From positions 75,964 to 139,963 of the forward strand of contig CAZXLF010000007.1 in the NCBI GenBank assembly GCA_964642015.1: DNA of 64,000 bases. The letters run 5' to 3'. The notes under the pieces are model-generated. The model saw only the letters and a list, made by a program, of their open reading frames with translations. It was not told the DNA's origin and did no database searches. Source of the DNA: an uncultured Planctomycetia bacterium. Its GTDB lineage: Bacteria > Omnitrophota > Gorgyraeia > 2-02-FULL-51-18. Each line of letters begins with the position of its first letter. The first letter of the stretch is position 1. Positions 31,915-42,294 of this stretch are shown here, piece after piece. A program made the position numbers and the translations under genes.

Positions 31915-33300
31915 TTACTTACGAATTTCAAGTGATAACTTATCCACAAGCGATTTTGTTTTTTGATCCTTCTTAATATCTTTCTTTATTTTCTGATAAG
32001 CGTGTAAAACTGTTGTATGATCACGTCCACCAAATTGTTCACCAATCTCTGGTAATGATAAACCTGTCATTTCTCTAGATAAAAACATCGCAACATGTCT
32101 GGGATAAACCACATTTTGTGAGCGGCGCTTGGCAGTCATATCAGAGGGTCGTATTTCGAAATATTCTGCCACTTTCCTTTGAATAACGTCAACCGTGATC
32201 TTTTTTTGATTTTCAACAATAAGGTCTTTTAAAACGTCATAAGCGACATCCTGATCAACTTCTTTACCAACTAACTTAGAGTAAGCCACCACACGTATTA
32301 AAGCTCCTTCAAGTTCCCTTATATTTGATTTTATACGGTCCGCGATGAATGAGGTCACGCCATCGGGAATGTGGAGATTTTCTCTCTCAGCTTTTTTTCT
32401 CAAAATAGCCGTTCTGGTTTCAAAATCGGGCGGTTGAATATCAGTTACCAATCCCCATTCAAATCTAGATACCAACCTCTCTTCCAAATTTGAGATATCT
32501 TTCGGTGGTTTGTCACTCGAAACAACTATTTGTTTATGGTAGTCATATAACGTGTTAAACGTATGAAAAAATTCCTCCATAGTGGCTTCTTTTCCCGCTA
32601 TAAAATGAATATCATCAATAAGCAAACAATCAACGTTTCTATATTTTTCCCTAAATTTAATAGTGGTACCGGTCTTAATGGCATTAATTAATTGATTGGT
32701 AAATTTTTCGCTGGTGATATAAAGAACTTTCATGCCAGGATTTCTTGTAAGTATCTCTTGTCCAATAGCTTGCATTAAATGCGTTTTTCCAAGTCCAACA
32801 GGCCCATAAATAAAAAGAGGGTTGTAAGCTTTAGCGGGTGTTTCAGCTACGGCCATTGAAGCTGCATGGGCAAATCTGTTCGAAGGTCCAACAACAAAAC
32901 TTTCAAACGTATATTTCGAATTTAAAGCCGGCTCCGAAAGATTTCCATTCATTATTGTCGGAGATACGGATGAATAATAGCTGTTTTGAGCTATTTTTGT
33001 TTGATTGGTTATTGAGTTTACAGGTTCCGGATCTGATTTTGAAACTTCGAAAGATAATTTAAAAGATGGGTCTCCAGTTATATCTTTTGCGGCGAGCGTG
33101 ATCATGCTTCCATAATGGTCCACTATCCAATTCTTAAAGAAATCATCAGGTACTCCAAGGTTTAGTTCATTCTCTGTGAATTTAAGAGGCTGGATTGGTT
33201 TTAGCCATCGATCGTAGACATGAGGACTCAGCTCATTTTTAAGAGATTCTATTACTTGTGTCCACAAGTTTGATGCGTTTAAATCTTTGAAGTTATCCAC
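31915..33300 (-). CDS. dnaA: Chromosomal replication initiator DnaA
   Basis: AAA+ Walker A GPVGLGKTHL, sensor motifs, C-terminal DNA-binding domain. DnaA boxes flank the gene. Confidence 0.95.
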   Translation of the reverse strand: MDNFKDLNASNLWTQVIESLKNELSPHVYDRWLKPIQPLKFTENELNLGVPDDFFKNWIVDHYGSMITLAAKDITGDPSFKLSFEVSKSDPEPVNSITNQTKIAQNSYYSSVSPTIMNGNLSEPALNSKYTFESFVVGPSNRFAHAASMAVAETPAKAYNPLFIYGPVGLGKTHLMQAIGQEILTRNPGMKVLYITSEKFTNQLINAIKTGTTIKFREKYRNVDCLLIDDIHFIAGKEATMEEFFHTFNTLYDYHKQIVVSSDKPPKDISNLEERLVSRFEWGLVTDIQPPDFETRTAILRKKAERENLHIPDGVTSFIADRIKSNIRELEGALIRVVAYSKLVGKEVDQDVAYDVLKDLIVENQKKITVDVIQRKVAEYFEIRPSDMTAKRRSQNVVYPRHVAMFLSREMTGLSLPEIGEQFGGRDHTTVLHAYQKIKKDIKKDQKTKSLVDKLSLEIRK

Positions 33301-33699
33301 AGAATTTTGTTCTACCTTGTTAATATTGTTTTAATATTTTACTTTAAGTTTATTATTTTGAACTACTTATGAAACAAAAATTTAATAACAAGTAAACAAA
33401 TATAAATTTTGTACTTATAAACAAGTTATCCACAGGATATGATTTTTAAAAAACAATCAAGTTAGCTTCAAGATTTGTTGAGAAATTATAACAACTCAAA
33501 ATCTGTATTGCAACAATAATCTTTAGCTCTATCAAATTGGGTAAAAATTTGATCATCGAATTGTAAATTTCTTAGCGCAATCTCAATGCGGTTATCAAAC
33601 AAATTCAGCCAATCCGTATAATCCACGTTGACACTCTTTATGGGCGTTGCTATAATTTCTTACTTTTAAAAAGCTAAATCAAGCCCAATTAAGGATCCC
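33301..33699. other. oriC candidate: AT-rich unwinding region plus DnaA boxes between divergent dnaA and rpmH
   Basis: TTATCCACA at 33293-33301 and 33426-33434 (also 31900-31908, 31940-31948, and TGTGTCCACA near 33257). 33301-33420 is over 80% AT. Gene strand bias switches here. Confidence 0.75.
33627..33655 (+). promoter_or_regulatory. Sigma70-type promoter for rpmH (TTGACA-17-TATAAT)
   Basis: ttgacactctttatgggcgttgctataat, about 45 nt upstream of the rpmH ATG. Confidence 0.6.
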
Positions 33700-33837
33700 A
33701 TGAAAAAAACGCTTACGAATAAATCAAACATAAAAAGAAAGCGCACTCACGGATTTAGAAAAAGAATGCGTTCTAAAGACGGACGAAAAGTGATCAAAAG
33801 GCGGCGTCAAAAGGGCCGGCACAGTCTTACGGTCTGA
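33700..33837 (+). CDS. rpmH: 50S ribosomal protein L34 (missed by the 60-aa ORF cutoff)
   Basis: Manual translation [45 protein letters not shown]. Confidence 0.9.
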   Translation: MKKTLTNKSNIKRKRTHGFRKRMRSKDGRKVIKRRRQKGRHSLTV

Positions 33838-33848
33838 GTTATTTTAAC

Positions 33849-34133
33849 ATGCCTGAAACCGAAGGCTGGCTTTCTTTAAAGTGCCAGGAAAAGCCCAGGT
33901 CAATGGTAAGTGTTGAGAAGGCCTCACTTCTTATTTCTATTCCTAAGAAAGTGGTTTTCCTTGCGACCGAGCGCAATAAGATTAAACGACTGATACGGGA
34001 AGCGTTTAGACATAGGATGAGCTTGAATTCCAAGAAGGCTTATTTATTTCGAGTCGTTCGGTATCCGGGCAACGTTGGTCTTCGGGAAATAAACGACGCA
34101 ATGGATACGGCGATTGCTCACTCAAAACAATGA
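33849..34133 (+). CDS. rnpA: RNase P protein component
   Basis: [14 protein letters not shown] motif; position after rpmH. Confidence 0.75.
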   Translation: MPETEGWLSLKCQEKPRSMVSVEKASLLISIPKKVVFLATERNKIKRLIREAFRHRMSLNSKKAYLFRVVRYPGNVGLREINDAMDTAIAHSKQ

Positions 34134-34368
34134 GTTTATGCCAATGATAAATAAAGTGGCGATTTTTTTCATCATGATCGTTTCCAGGATCTTCAGATTT
34201 AATAATCTGAGAGCGTGTCGGTTCTACCCAAGCTGTTCAGAATATTCGATAGAGGCGTTTAAGAAATTTAATGTTTTGAAAGCAGCTTATTTAATGACGA
34301 GAAGGATCTTGCATTGCCATCCGTTCTGTGAAGGCGGATTTGATCCGGTTCCTGATATAAGAGTATGA
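34114..34368 (+). CDS. yidD: Membrane protein insertion efficiency factor YidD
   Basis: [10 protein letters not shown]...[13 protein letters not shown] conserved Cys pattern. Confidence 0.85.
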   Translation: MLTQNNEFMPMINKVAIFFIMIVSRIFRFNNLRACRFYPSCSEYSIEAFKKFNVLKAAYLMTRRILHCHPFCEGGFDPVPDIRV

Positions 34369-34382
34369 ATCAATAGGGATTT

Positions 34383-36029
34383 ATGGAAAGAAAAACAATA
34401 ATCTTTTTGGCAATATCATTCGTGATCTTAGGTCTTTATCCGGCCGTGTTGAAGCACTTTTATCCTGACTATTACAAGACTTCGAGGACACTTAAGAAAA
34501 AAGATATTGGTTCTTTATCTTTATCAATTAGTGCTTCGTCACCAGCGATTCCAAATACTTCAGGTTCCGATGCCCAGAGCTTTTCACTTTCGAATGATGT
34601 GAATTTCCAAAGCCAAAACCTGAAACTTTTATTCAACAAAAAAGGCGGATCTATCCACGAAGTCGCCTTTCCCAAATTCATTGATTCTGATACTAATAAA
34701 CCACTGGTTTTTCTATCCTTAAAAGAACCTTTTGGCAATGCGACGCTCGTCACATTAAAAGATTCTCCTGACAACTCTTCAATACCTCAGATCGTTGACT
34801 ATACCGTTGAGAAAAACGGCATGAATAAATCATTGCGGGCATTAGCGGCTCTTGACGGTATCAAGATACAGAAAGATTATCAATTCAAAAAAGATCAATA
34901 TTCTGGAAGTTTGAACCTTAAATTTGAAAATACCACTGACTCTCCTATCGAGTTCCGCTATCAATTATTTGCCGGTTCAAGTATTGCACCACGCCATGGG
35001 ATCGATACTCAATATATAGAAGGAAACTTCTTTTCCAGATCAGGGGAAAAAGTATTTCTGAAGCATATCAAGGAATCCAAGCTTGGGAAGAGTGTGGAAA
35101 GTACGGACTCAGTCGAATGGGTCGCGATCAAGGACAGACACTTTTCCATTATCTTGAAGCCAAGATCCACATCATCATCTTTTACCGGATTAGTTCAAGG
35201 ACTTGGCAATCGTCATTTCAGCGTGTCCTTGGTTTCTGAAAAGATCGCGCTTTCTCCCCATAGTGCGGTTCAACATGATTTCCTTATTTATATGGGCCCG
35301 AATGAACTGGATGAACTTACACCGATAGGGTTGGATGCGCTTGTCAATTTTGGAAAGCTTGATGGAATAGGAAGATTTCTTGTCGGAGCGCTTGAGATGT
35401 TGCATAAGGTTTTCAAAAATTACGGTCTGGCCATCATTATTCTTACGGCTCTCATCAATGTCCTTTTGTTCCCTTTGACATCCACGAGTTACATGTCAAT
35501 GAAGCGCATGCAGCTGATCCAACCGCAGATGAATAAATTGCGCGAACAGCACAAAAAAAATCCTGAAAAATTGAACAAGGAAATGATGGAACTTTATAAG
35601 AAACATAAAGTAAATCCATTCGGAGGATGTTTGCCGATGATATTGCAGACACCCGTGTTCATCGCGCTTTATGTGGCGCTTTCCAAGTCGGTCATTTTGA
35701 TCAATTCTAAACTCTTATGGATCAAAGATCTGTCATCCCCTGATCGTTTACCGCTTCCTTTTTCTTTGCCTTTTTTTGGGAATGAGATCCATGTCTTACC
35801 TCTGGTCATGTGTGTGGCCATGTTTTTACAGCAAAAATTGACCCAAGTTAAAATAGAAGGTCAAGATCCCGCGATGGAATCCCAACAGAAAATGATGACC
35901 GTAATGATGCCGATTATGTTCGGATTTATTTTTTATGCAATGCCTTCAGCTCTCGTGCTTTATTGGCTTACGAATACGATCATCATGAGCTCTTATCAGC
36001 TTTATCTTAAACGAGTCACTCTTACTTAG
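34383..36029 (+). CDS. yidC: Membrane protein insertase YidC
   Basis: 548 aa; N-terminal TM, large periplasmic domain, C-terminal 5-TM core. Confidence 0.9.
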   Translation: MERKTIIFLAISFVILGLYPAVLKHFYPDYYKTSRTLKKKDIGSLSLSISASSPAIPNTSGSDAQSFSLSNDVNFQSQNLKLLFNKKGGSIHEVAFPKFIDSDTNKPLVFLSLKEPFGNATLVTLKDSPDNSSIPQIVDYTVEKNGMNKSLRALAALDGIKIQKDYQFKKDQYSGSLNLKFENTTDSPIEFRYQLFAGSSIAPRHGIDTQYIEGNFFSRSGEKVFLKHIKESKLGKSVESTDSVEWVAIKDRHFSIILKPRSTSSSFTGLVQGLGNRHFSVSLVSEKIALSPHSAVQHDFLIYMGPNELDELTPIGLDALVNFGKLDGIGRFLVGALEMLHKVFKNYGLAIIILTALINVLLFPLTSTSYMSMKRMQLIQPQMNKLREQHKKNPEKLNKEMMELYKKHKVNPFGGCLPMILQTPVFIALYVALSKSVILINSKLLWIKDLSSPDRLPLPFSLPFFGNEIHVLPLVMCVAMFLQQKLTQVKIEGQDPAMESQQKMMTVMMPIMFGFIFYAMPSALVLYWLTNTIIMSSYQLYLKRVTLT

Positions 36030-36053
36030 AATTTTTTACAATTTCAAATCAAC

Positions 36054-37871
36054 ATGATCATTACTGACGAAAAATACGATGTGATCGTTATCGGCGCCGG
36101 CCATGCCGGCTGTGAAGCTGCGTTGGTGTGCGCCCGTCTTGGCGCAAAGACGTTGATGCTTACGATGAATCTGGATGCGGTGGCGCAGATGTCCTGCAAT
36201 CCGGCAATCGGCGGTATTGCAAAAGGTCATATTGTTCGGGAGATAGATGCGCTTGGCGGAGAAATGGCAAAATTGACCGACCGTACAGGCATTCAATTCC
36301 GCATGTTGAATAAAAGTAAAGGACCAGCTGTTTGGGCTCCCCGCGCACAATGCGACAAAAAAATATATTCGATGACGATGAAGCATGTTATTGAAAGTCA
36401 GGAAAATCTGGACCTTAAACAAGGTGAAGCAAAAGAGATCCTTGTTAATGGAAACGCAGTCGAAGGTGTCATAACGACTATAGATACTGTTTATTACTCT
36501 AAAGCAGTTATTGTTACTACAGGAACTTTCCTAAATGGATTAATTCATATTGGTGATATAACTTTTGGAGGCGGCCGCGCCGGTGATAAAGCATCTCATG
36601 GAATATCTTCATCGTTAGCCAAGCTTGGTTTTGAAATTAAGCGATTAAAAACTGGTACCCCTCCCCGATTAAATGCAAAATCCATAGATTTTTCCAAACT
36701 TGAAGCACAAAATGGCGATGATGACCCAACACCATTTAGTTATCAAACAAAAAAGATCACGCAAGAGCAACTGCCTTGCTATATTACTTACACAAGCGAC
36801 AAAACACATAAGATAATTAAAGAAAATATTCATCGTTCTCCCCTTTATTCCGGAAAAATTGAAAGTCGAGGCCCAAGATATTGTCCTTCGATTGAAGATA
36901 AAGTTTATCGTTTTGCAGACAAAGACCGACATCAATTATTTTTGGAACCTGAAGGTCGTTATACAGAAGAGACTTACATAAATGGATTATCAACAAGTTT
37001 TCCACAGGATGTTCAAATAAAACTTGTAAGAAGTATTCAAGGTCTTGAAAATGCAGAACTTATGAGATTTGGATATGCAATTGAATATGATTTTTGTCCA
37101 CCAACACAATTAGAGCCAACATTACAAACAAAAAAAATAGAAAATTTATATTTAGCAGGCCAGATAAATGGAACATCAGGATATGAAGAAGCCGCATGTC
37201 AAGGATTGATGGCCGGCATAAACGCAGTATTGAAGCTACAATTGAAAGGACCTTTGATTCTTGATAGATCCGAAGGTTATATAGGCGTTTTAATAGACGA
37301 TCTTGTTACTAATGGAACAGAAGAGCCTTATCGTATGTTTACGTCTAGGGCAGAACATCGATTAATATTGAGACAGGACAATGCAGATAAGAGGCTATTA
37401 AGGTATGGTCATGATTTGGGTTTGATTTCAAAGAAACATTTCAAGGAATTTTCAGAAAAACAGAGCAAAATCGATTATTGGATTGATAAAATTAAGCATA
37501 CAAGATTTCAGCAAGTACCTATGGATAAATATCTTAGGAGAAATGAAGTAAACTTAAAAGATGTTTTAGGAATCATGCATGAACAGATAGCAGATGTTGA
37601 GGTAGAGAATCAAGTTGAAATAGAAATTAAATACTCTGGTTATGTGCAAAGAGAAATAGGAATAGTAAATCGTCTTAAAAAATATGAAGAGAAAAAGATA
37701 CCTTCAAATTTGTTATTCAAAGAAATAAAAGGGCTAAGCAGGGAAGCCCAAGAAAAATTGGATAAGATTAAACCAGTTTCTTTAGGTCAAGCAGCAAGGA
37801 TTTCTGGAATAACTCCATGCGATATTTCAGTTCTAGCAGTTTTTATTGAAAAACTCCGTAAATCTTCGTAA
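36054..37871 (+). CDS. mnmG: tRNA uridine 5-carboxymethylaminomethyl modification enzyme MnmG (GidA)
   Basis: 605 aa; FAD-binding YDVIVIGAGHAGCEAA. Confidence 0.95.
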   Translation: MIITDEKYDVIVIGAGHAGCEAALVCARLGAKTLMLTMNLDAVAQMSCNPAIGGIAKGHIVREIDALGGEMAKLTDRTGIQFRMLNKSKGPAVWAPRAQCDKKIYSMTMKHVIESQENLDLKQGEAKEILVNGNAVEGVITTIDTVYYSKAVIVTTGTFLNGLIHIGDITFGGGRAGDKASHGISSSLAKLGFEIKRLKTGTPPRLNAKSIDFSKLEAQNGDDDPTPFSYQTKKITQEQLPCYITYTSDKTHKIIKENIHRSPLYSGKIESRGPRYCPSIEDKVYRFADKDRHQLFLEPEGRYTEETYINGLSTSFPQDVQIKLVRSIQGLENAELMRFGYAIEYDFCPPTQLEPTLQTKKIENLYLAGQINGTSGYEEAACQGLMAGINAVLKLQLKGPLILDRSEGYIGVLIDDLVTNGTEEPYRMFTSRAEHRLILRQDNADKRLLRYGHDLGLISKKHFKEFSEKQSKIDYWIDKIKHTRFQQVPMDKYLRRNEVNLKDVLGIMHEQIADVEVENQVEIEIKYSGYVQREIGIVNRLKKYEEKKIPSNLLFKEIKGLSREAQEKLDKIKPVSLGQAARISGITPCDISVLAVFIEKLRKSS

Positions 37872-37986
37872 TTTTCTAAACTTTATTTGATCACATTTGG
37901 TTTCCACGTGGAAACACCTTAAAATTTCAATTTATCTAAAGAAAACGTATTGACTTTAAATTCACTTTGTTTTATTATTGCCAAAA

Positions 37987-38763
37987 ATGGCAAAAATAAT
38001 AGCTATATGCAATCAAAAAGGGGGAGTAGGAAAAACAAGCACAGCTGTTTCTCTCTCATCCTGTCTCGCCATAGAAGGAAAAAAAAGTCTCCTTATTGAT
38101 CTGGATCCTCAAGGAAATGCCACAAGTGGTTTAGGTATAGACAAGCACAAAGTAGAAAAATCGATTTATTTTGCTTTGCTTGGTGAGTCTAAATTACCTG
38201 ATCTTATTGTTGAAACTTGCGTTCAAAATCTATTTATAGTTCCTGCCAATGAGCATTTATCAGGCTCTGAAGTAGAATTGGTAGGAGAACTAGGAAGAGA
38301 AGGAAGACTTAAAAAAGCTTTATTGCAACTTGATCCATCATTTGAGTTTGTAATAATTGACTGTCCACCATCTTTTGGACTTTTGACAATAAATGCGTTA
38401 ACGGGATCAAATTCTGTATTGATACCTATTCAATGTGAATATTACGCTTTAGAAGGATTAAGCCAGCTTGTCAAAACAATAAATCTCATTAAGGATAATT
38501 TAAATTCTAATCTCGAAATCGAAGGCATCCTAATGACAATGGCAGATTTTCGAACCAATCTAACTCAAGAGGTAATCGACGAAGTCAAAAAACACTTTGG
38601 CAGTAAAGTTTATAATACAGTAATCCCTAGAAATATCAGAATGAGTGAAGCTCCCGGATTTGGCAAGCCAATTTTCTTATATGATAAAGATTCTGAAGGC
38701 GCAAAGAAATATAAAGAGCTGACAAAGGAATTTTTATTATTTAATATAAGTAATTCAAATTAA
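37987..38763 (+). CDS. parA: Chromosome partitioning ATPase ParA/Soj (ATG at 37987; the track's TTG 37978 is an alternative)
   Basis: Deviant Walker A KGGVGKTST. Confidence 0.9.
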   Translation: MAKIIAICNQKGGVGKTSTAVSLSSCLAIEGKKSLLIDLDPQGNATSGLGIDKHKVEKSIYFALLGESKLPDLIVETCVQNLFIVPANEHLSGSEVELVGELGREGRLKKALLQLDPSFEFVIIDCPPSFGLLTINALTGSNSVLIPIQCEYYALEGLSQLVKTINLIKDNLNSNLEIEGILMTMADFRTNLTQEVIDEVKKHFGSKVYNTVIPRNIRMSEAPGFGKPIFLYDKDSEGAKKYKELTKEFLLFNISNSN

Positions 38764-38774
38764 AGGAGATATAT

Positions 38775-39626
38775 ATGGAAAGAAAAGTGCTAGGAAGAGG
38801 ATTAGAGGCTTTAATTCCTTCAGAAAATAAAGCATCGCACGAGCGAGTTCAAATGCTTAAAGTTTCTCAAATCCATGCTAGTCGCTTTCAGCCACGTTTA
38901 AACTTCGCTCCGGAGAAAATAGACGAATTGGCCAAATCCATAAAGGAAAAGGGAATTATCCAGCCTGTCTTAGTTCGCGCTGTTGACGGCGATAACTTTG
39001 AATTGATAGCCGGTGAACGGCGTTTGAGAGCGGCTAAAAAATTGGGATTTACAGAATTACCGGCGATAGTGCGCAGAGTAGCCGATGCGGATCTTTTAGA
39101 AATGTCTATCATAGAAAATATTCAAAGAGAAGAACTCAATCCTCTGGAAGAAGCCAAAGCGTATCGCCGATTGGGACAAGAATTTGGCATGACGCAGGAT
39201 ACGATTGCTGAGCGCGTCGGAAAAGATAAATCATCTGTATCTAACCTATTGAGATTACTAAACTTACCAGAATTAATACAAGATTATCTATCTAAAAATT
39301 TAATAACTTTTGGCCATGCAAAGGCGTTGCTTTCTATTCACGATCAGAATTATCAGATAAAATTCTGCGAAGAAATCGTAGAAAAAGGGTTATCGGTTCG
39401 TCAAGCGGAAATAGGTTTTTCCCATAAAATTCATAAAAGAAGCCGAATTTCTAAGAATGCCAGTGCGCGGGACATTCATACCAAAAATTTGGAAGAACAA
39501 CTTCAGCACACCTTGGGAACAAAAGTACGTATCATTCAAGGTAAAAAACGTGGAAGAATCGAGATTGAATACTATTCAGCCGAAGACCTTGATAGAGTAT
39601 TAAAGTTCTTTAATATCAACCACTAA
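38775..39626 (+). CDS. parB: Chromosome partitioning protein ParB/Spo0J
   Basis: GERRLRAAK motif and HTH region. Confidence 0.9.
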   Translation: MERKVLGRGLEALIPSENKASHERVQMLKVSQIHASRFQPRLNFAPEKIDELAKSIKEKGIIQPVLVRAVDGDNFELIAGERRLRAAKKLGFTELPAIVRRVADADLLEMSIIENIQREELNPLEEAKAYRRLGQEFGMTQDTIAERVGKDKSSVSNLLRLLNLPELIQDYLSKNLITFGHAKALLSIHDQNYQIKFCEEIVEKGLSVRQAEIGFSHKIHKRSRISKNASARDIHTKNLEEQLQHTLGTKVRIIQGKKRGRIEIEYYSAEDLDRVLKFFNINH

Positions 39627-39697
39627 TGCATTTTTTTGATATTGACAAGAGTCCGGATATCTTTTAGACTTACAAGTTACAAATTTTAAATATAATT

Positions 39698-40198
39698 ATG
39701 CCAGAACCTACATTAGTCATTATAAAACCCGACGGCCTGCAAAAGTCTTTAACTGGAAATATTTTAACCAGACTTGCTGAATCCAAGTTAATTATCGTTG
39801 GATGTAAGATCAAGGCAGTGTCTCGTGAATTAGCCGAAGAACACTACTGTCACATGAAAGATAAGCCTTTTTTTGAAGAGATCGTTAGATACTTGATGGG
39901 CGAGTATCATACGAAACGCGTCATGACGATGGTTTATTACGGTGATGACGCGATACAAAAGGTCAGAAGAATTTGCGGCGCGACAAATCCCGAAGAAGCT
40001 GAACCGGGCACGATCCGCGGTTCTTTCGGGCGCATTACGACAAAAGGTATTTATGAGAATGTCATACACGCTTCGAGCGATTCCAAAGATGTCGAACGGG
40101 AAATTAAATTATGGTTCGAGCCCGATGAGATAGTCTTGGACAATTTATATCCCACCAAAGAGGTCAGTGTTACCCTGAAGAAAAAAGTATGGAAGTGA
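39698..40198 (+). CDS. ndk: Nucleoside diphosphate kinase
   Basis: NDK fold motifs (TLVIIKPDG, NVIHASSD with active-site His). Confidence 0.85.
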   Translation: MPEPTLVIIKPDGLQKSLTGNILTRLAESKLIIVGCKIKAVSRELAEEHYCHMKDKPFFEEIVRYLMGEYHTKRVMTMVYYGDDAIQKVRRICGATNPEEAEPGTIRGSFGRITTKGIYENVIHASSDSKDVEREIKLWFEPDEIVLDNLYPTKEVSVTLKKKVWK

Positions 40199-40229
40199 TT
40201 TTTGAACTGTCTTTGCTTTTGGTGAAGCA

Positions 40230-41123
40230 GTGATCAAAAGCATGACGGGGTTCGGCCGTTCCGAACTGAAGATCCCGCATGGATTCATCCGCGTTGAGAT
40301 CAAGACGATCAATCATAAGTTTTTCGAGTTTTCTTCGCGTTTACCAGGACATTTAAGTGAATTCGAAGATTCTGTCAGAAAGATCGTTTCTCAGGAAATC
40401 CGAAGAGGAAAGATCAGCTTTTTTATTTCGGCGCCGGACGCTTCGACGTTCTCAAAGCGTCTGGTTTTGAATGAACCTTTGGCCAAGGAAGTTTTTCAAA
40501 AGATCCAGCGGCTCAAGAAAGTTTTGAATATGCGTTCTTTGAAGAATGAGGAAAATATGCTTTTGAGAACGGTGCTGACTTATCCAGACGTTTTGACAAA
40601 GGAATCCTCTTTTAATGAAAGGACGTCGCTTTTTCGTGATATTGAAAATGCAGTCGGTCTTGCTCTTAAAAATTTGAATGCGTCACGGATCCAGGAGGGA
40701 AAAGCGCTGGAAAAAGATCTGTCCGGCAGGATTTTGGAGATTAAAAGATCGTTGGGCGGTATTGAAAGAAGAATCCCTGCTCTTGGAAAAGAGTATAGGA
40801 AGATCTTTGAGAAAAAGATGAAAGAATTTTTGAAAGCCGGCGAGTTGGATCATGAGAGACTGACACTCGAAGTGGCGTTGTATGTAAAAAATTCCGATAT
40901 ATCCGAAGAAGTAACTCGCATGAAAAGCCATATTGATGCAATGAAAAAAGCTCTGAAAGAGAGCGGAGAGCTTGGAAGGAAGATTGACTTTATCGCACAG
41001 GAAATGTACCGGGAATCAAACACAATGGGTGCAAAATCAAGCGATGTCAGTATCGCGAATCACGTGATCCATATAAAAAGCGCGATCGAGAAGATCAGAG
41101 AACAGGCGCAAAACGTTGAGTGA
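40230..41123 (+). CDS. yicC: YicC-family protein
   Basis: MIKSMTGFGRSE N-terminus; 297 aa. Confidence 0.8.
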   Translation: MIKSMTGFGRSELKIPHGFIRVEIKTINHKFFEFSSRLPGHLSEFEDSVRKIVSQEIRRGKISFFISAPDASTFSKRLVLNEPLAKEVFQKIQRLKKVLNMRSLKNEENMLLRTVLTYPDVLTKESSFNERTSLFRDIENAVGLALKNLNASRIQEGKALEKDLSGRILEIKRSLGGIERRIPALGKEYRKIFEKKMKEFLKAGELDHERLTLEVALYVKNSDISEEVTRMKSHIDAMKKALKESGELGRKIDFIAQEMYRESNTMGAKSSDVSIANHVIHIKSAIEKIREQAQNVE

Positions 41124-41724
41124 TCGTATGAGCCAGCGGCATGGAAGACTATTTGTGATTTCGGCTTCATCAGGTACCGGAAAGACCACGCTCGCAAAAG
41201 AGCTGCTCAAGGAAGACAAGAATCTTGTGCAGTCTGTTTCATATACGACACGCCCTCCGCGTCCAAATGAGCAAAATGGTGAAGATTATTTTTTTGTAAC
41301 GAAGAAAGAATTTTTGGATAAACGCAAGAAGAACGGTTTTCTCGAGTGGGCGAATGTTTTCGGCAAATTTTACGGCACTTCAAAAAAAGAGGTCGAAGAG
41401 CATCTCAGGCGTGGCCGCGACATGCTTTTATTGATCGATGTCCAGGGAGCCAAAAAAGTGAAGCGTACGAAGCCGGACGCGGTTTTTATTTTTCTTGCGC
41501 CGCCGTCGAAAGAGGAATTAAAGCGGCGTCTTGAAAAGCGAGGCACGGAATCAAAACAGGAAATAAACCGCCGTTACAAAGTCGCGACGACAGAGCTCAG
41601 AGAACTGAATGATCTGAAGCTTTGCGATTACCGGATCGTGAACCGCTACATTCCGCGCGCGCTAGAAGTATTAAAGGGTATTATCAAAGCTGAACGGATG
41701 ATATCATTCGTGGATAAAAAATGA
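41116..41724 (+). CDS. gmk: Guanylate kinase
   Basis: P-loop SSGTGKTTL; 202 aa. Confidence 0.85.
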   Translation: MSDRMSQRHGRLFVISASSGTGKTTLAKELLKEDKNLVQSVSYTTRPPRPNEQNGEDYFFVTKKEFLDKRKKNGFLEWANVFGKFYGTSKKEVEEHLRRGRDMLLLIDVQGAKKVKRTKPDAVFIFLAPPSKEELKRRLEKRGTESKQEINRRYKVATTELRELNDLKLCDYRIVNRYIPRALEVLKGIIKAERMISFVDKK

Positions 41725-42272
41725 AAAAAGACGGAAAAAATATTTTATTGGGTGTAAGCGCGTCGATCTCTGCTTATACGACATGTGATCTGATCACAGA
41801 TCTCAGAAAAGAGGGTTTTTCGGTGACGGTCGTCATGACGAAAGATGCGCATCACTTCATTACGCCGCTTGCGCTTCAGAGCTTTGCTGGTACCGAAGTG
41901 ATACAGGATTTTTTCTCTGTACCCGGCCGGTTGAAACCTGTGCATATCGAATTAGCAAAGAATTCAGATCTCATTTTAGTTTCTCCGGCAACAGCGGATA
42001 TCATCGCCAAACTTTCCCATGGCTTTGCCGATGATGTTTTAAGCTGTACCGTGCTCGCGAGCACATCACCGCTTGTGATCGTTCCAGCGATGAATGAAAA
42101 GATGTACGAAAATAAATTTACCCAAGAAAACATCAAACGCCTCGAAGCCAACGGCGCCACGATCGTTTCCCCGATACATGGGCATCTGGTTTGCAGCGAC
42201 GTGGGGATGGGCCATATTGCCGAAAATAAGACCATCCTGAATGCTGTACACCGCTGTCTCAAATTGAAGTAA
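41721..42272 (+). CDS. coaC: Phosphopantothenoylcysteine decarboxylase (flavoprotein), a stand-alone CoaC
   Basis: Flavoprotein fold; PAMN motif (VPAMNEKMYEN). Confidence 0.8.
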   Translation: MKKDGKNILLGVSASISAYTTCDLITDLRKEGFSVTVVMTKDAHHFITPLALQSFAGTEVIQDFFSVPGRLKPVHIELAKNSDLILVSPATADIIAKLSHGFADDVLSCTVLASTSPLVIVPAMNEKMYENKFTQENIKRLEANGATIVSPIHGHLVCSDVGMGHIAENKTILNAVHRCLKLK

Positions 42273-42294
42273 TGTTCGTTCCCATTTTCTTCTC

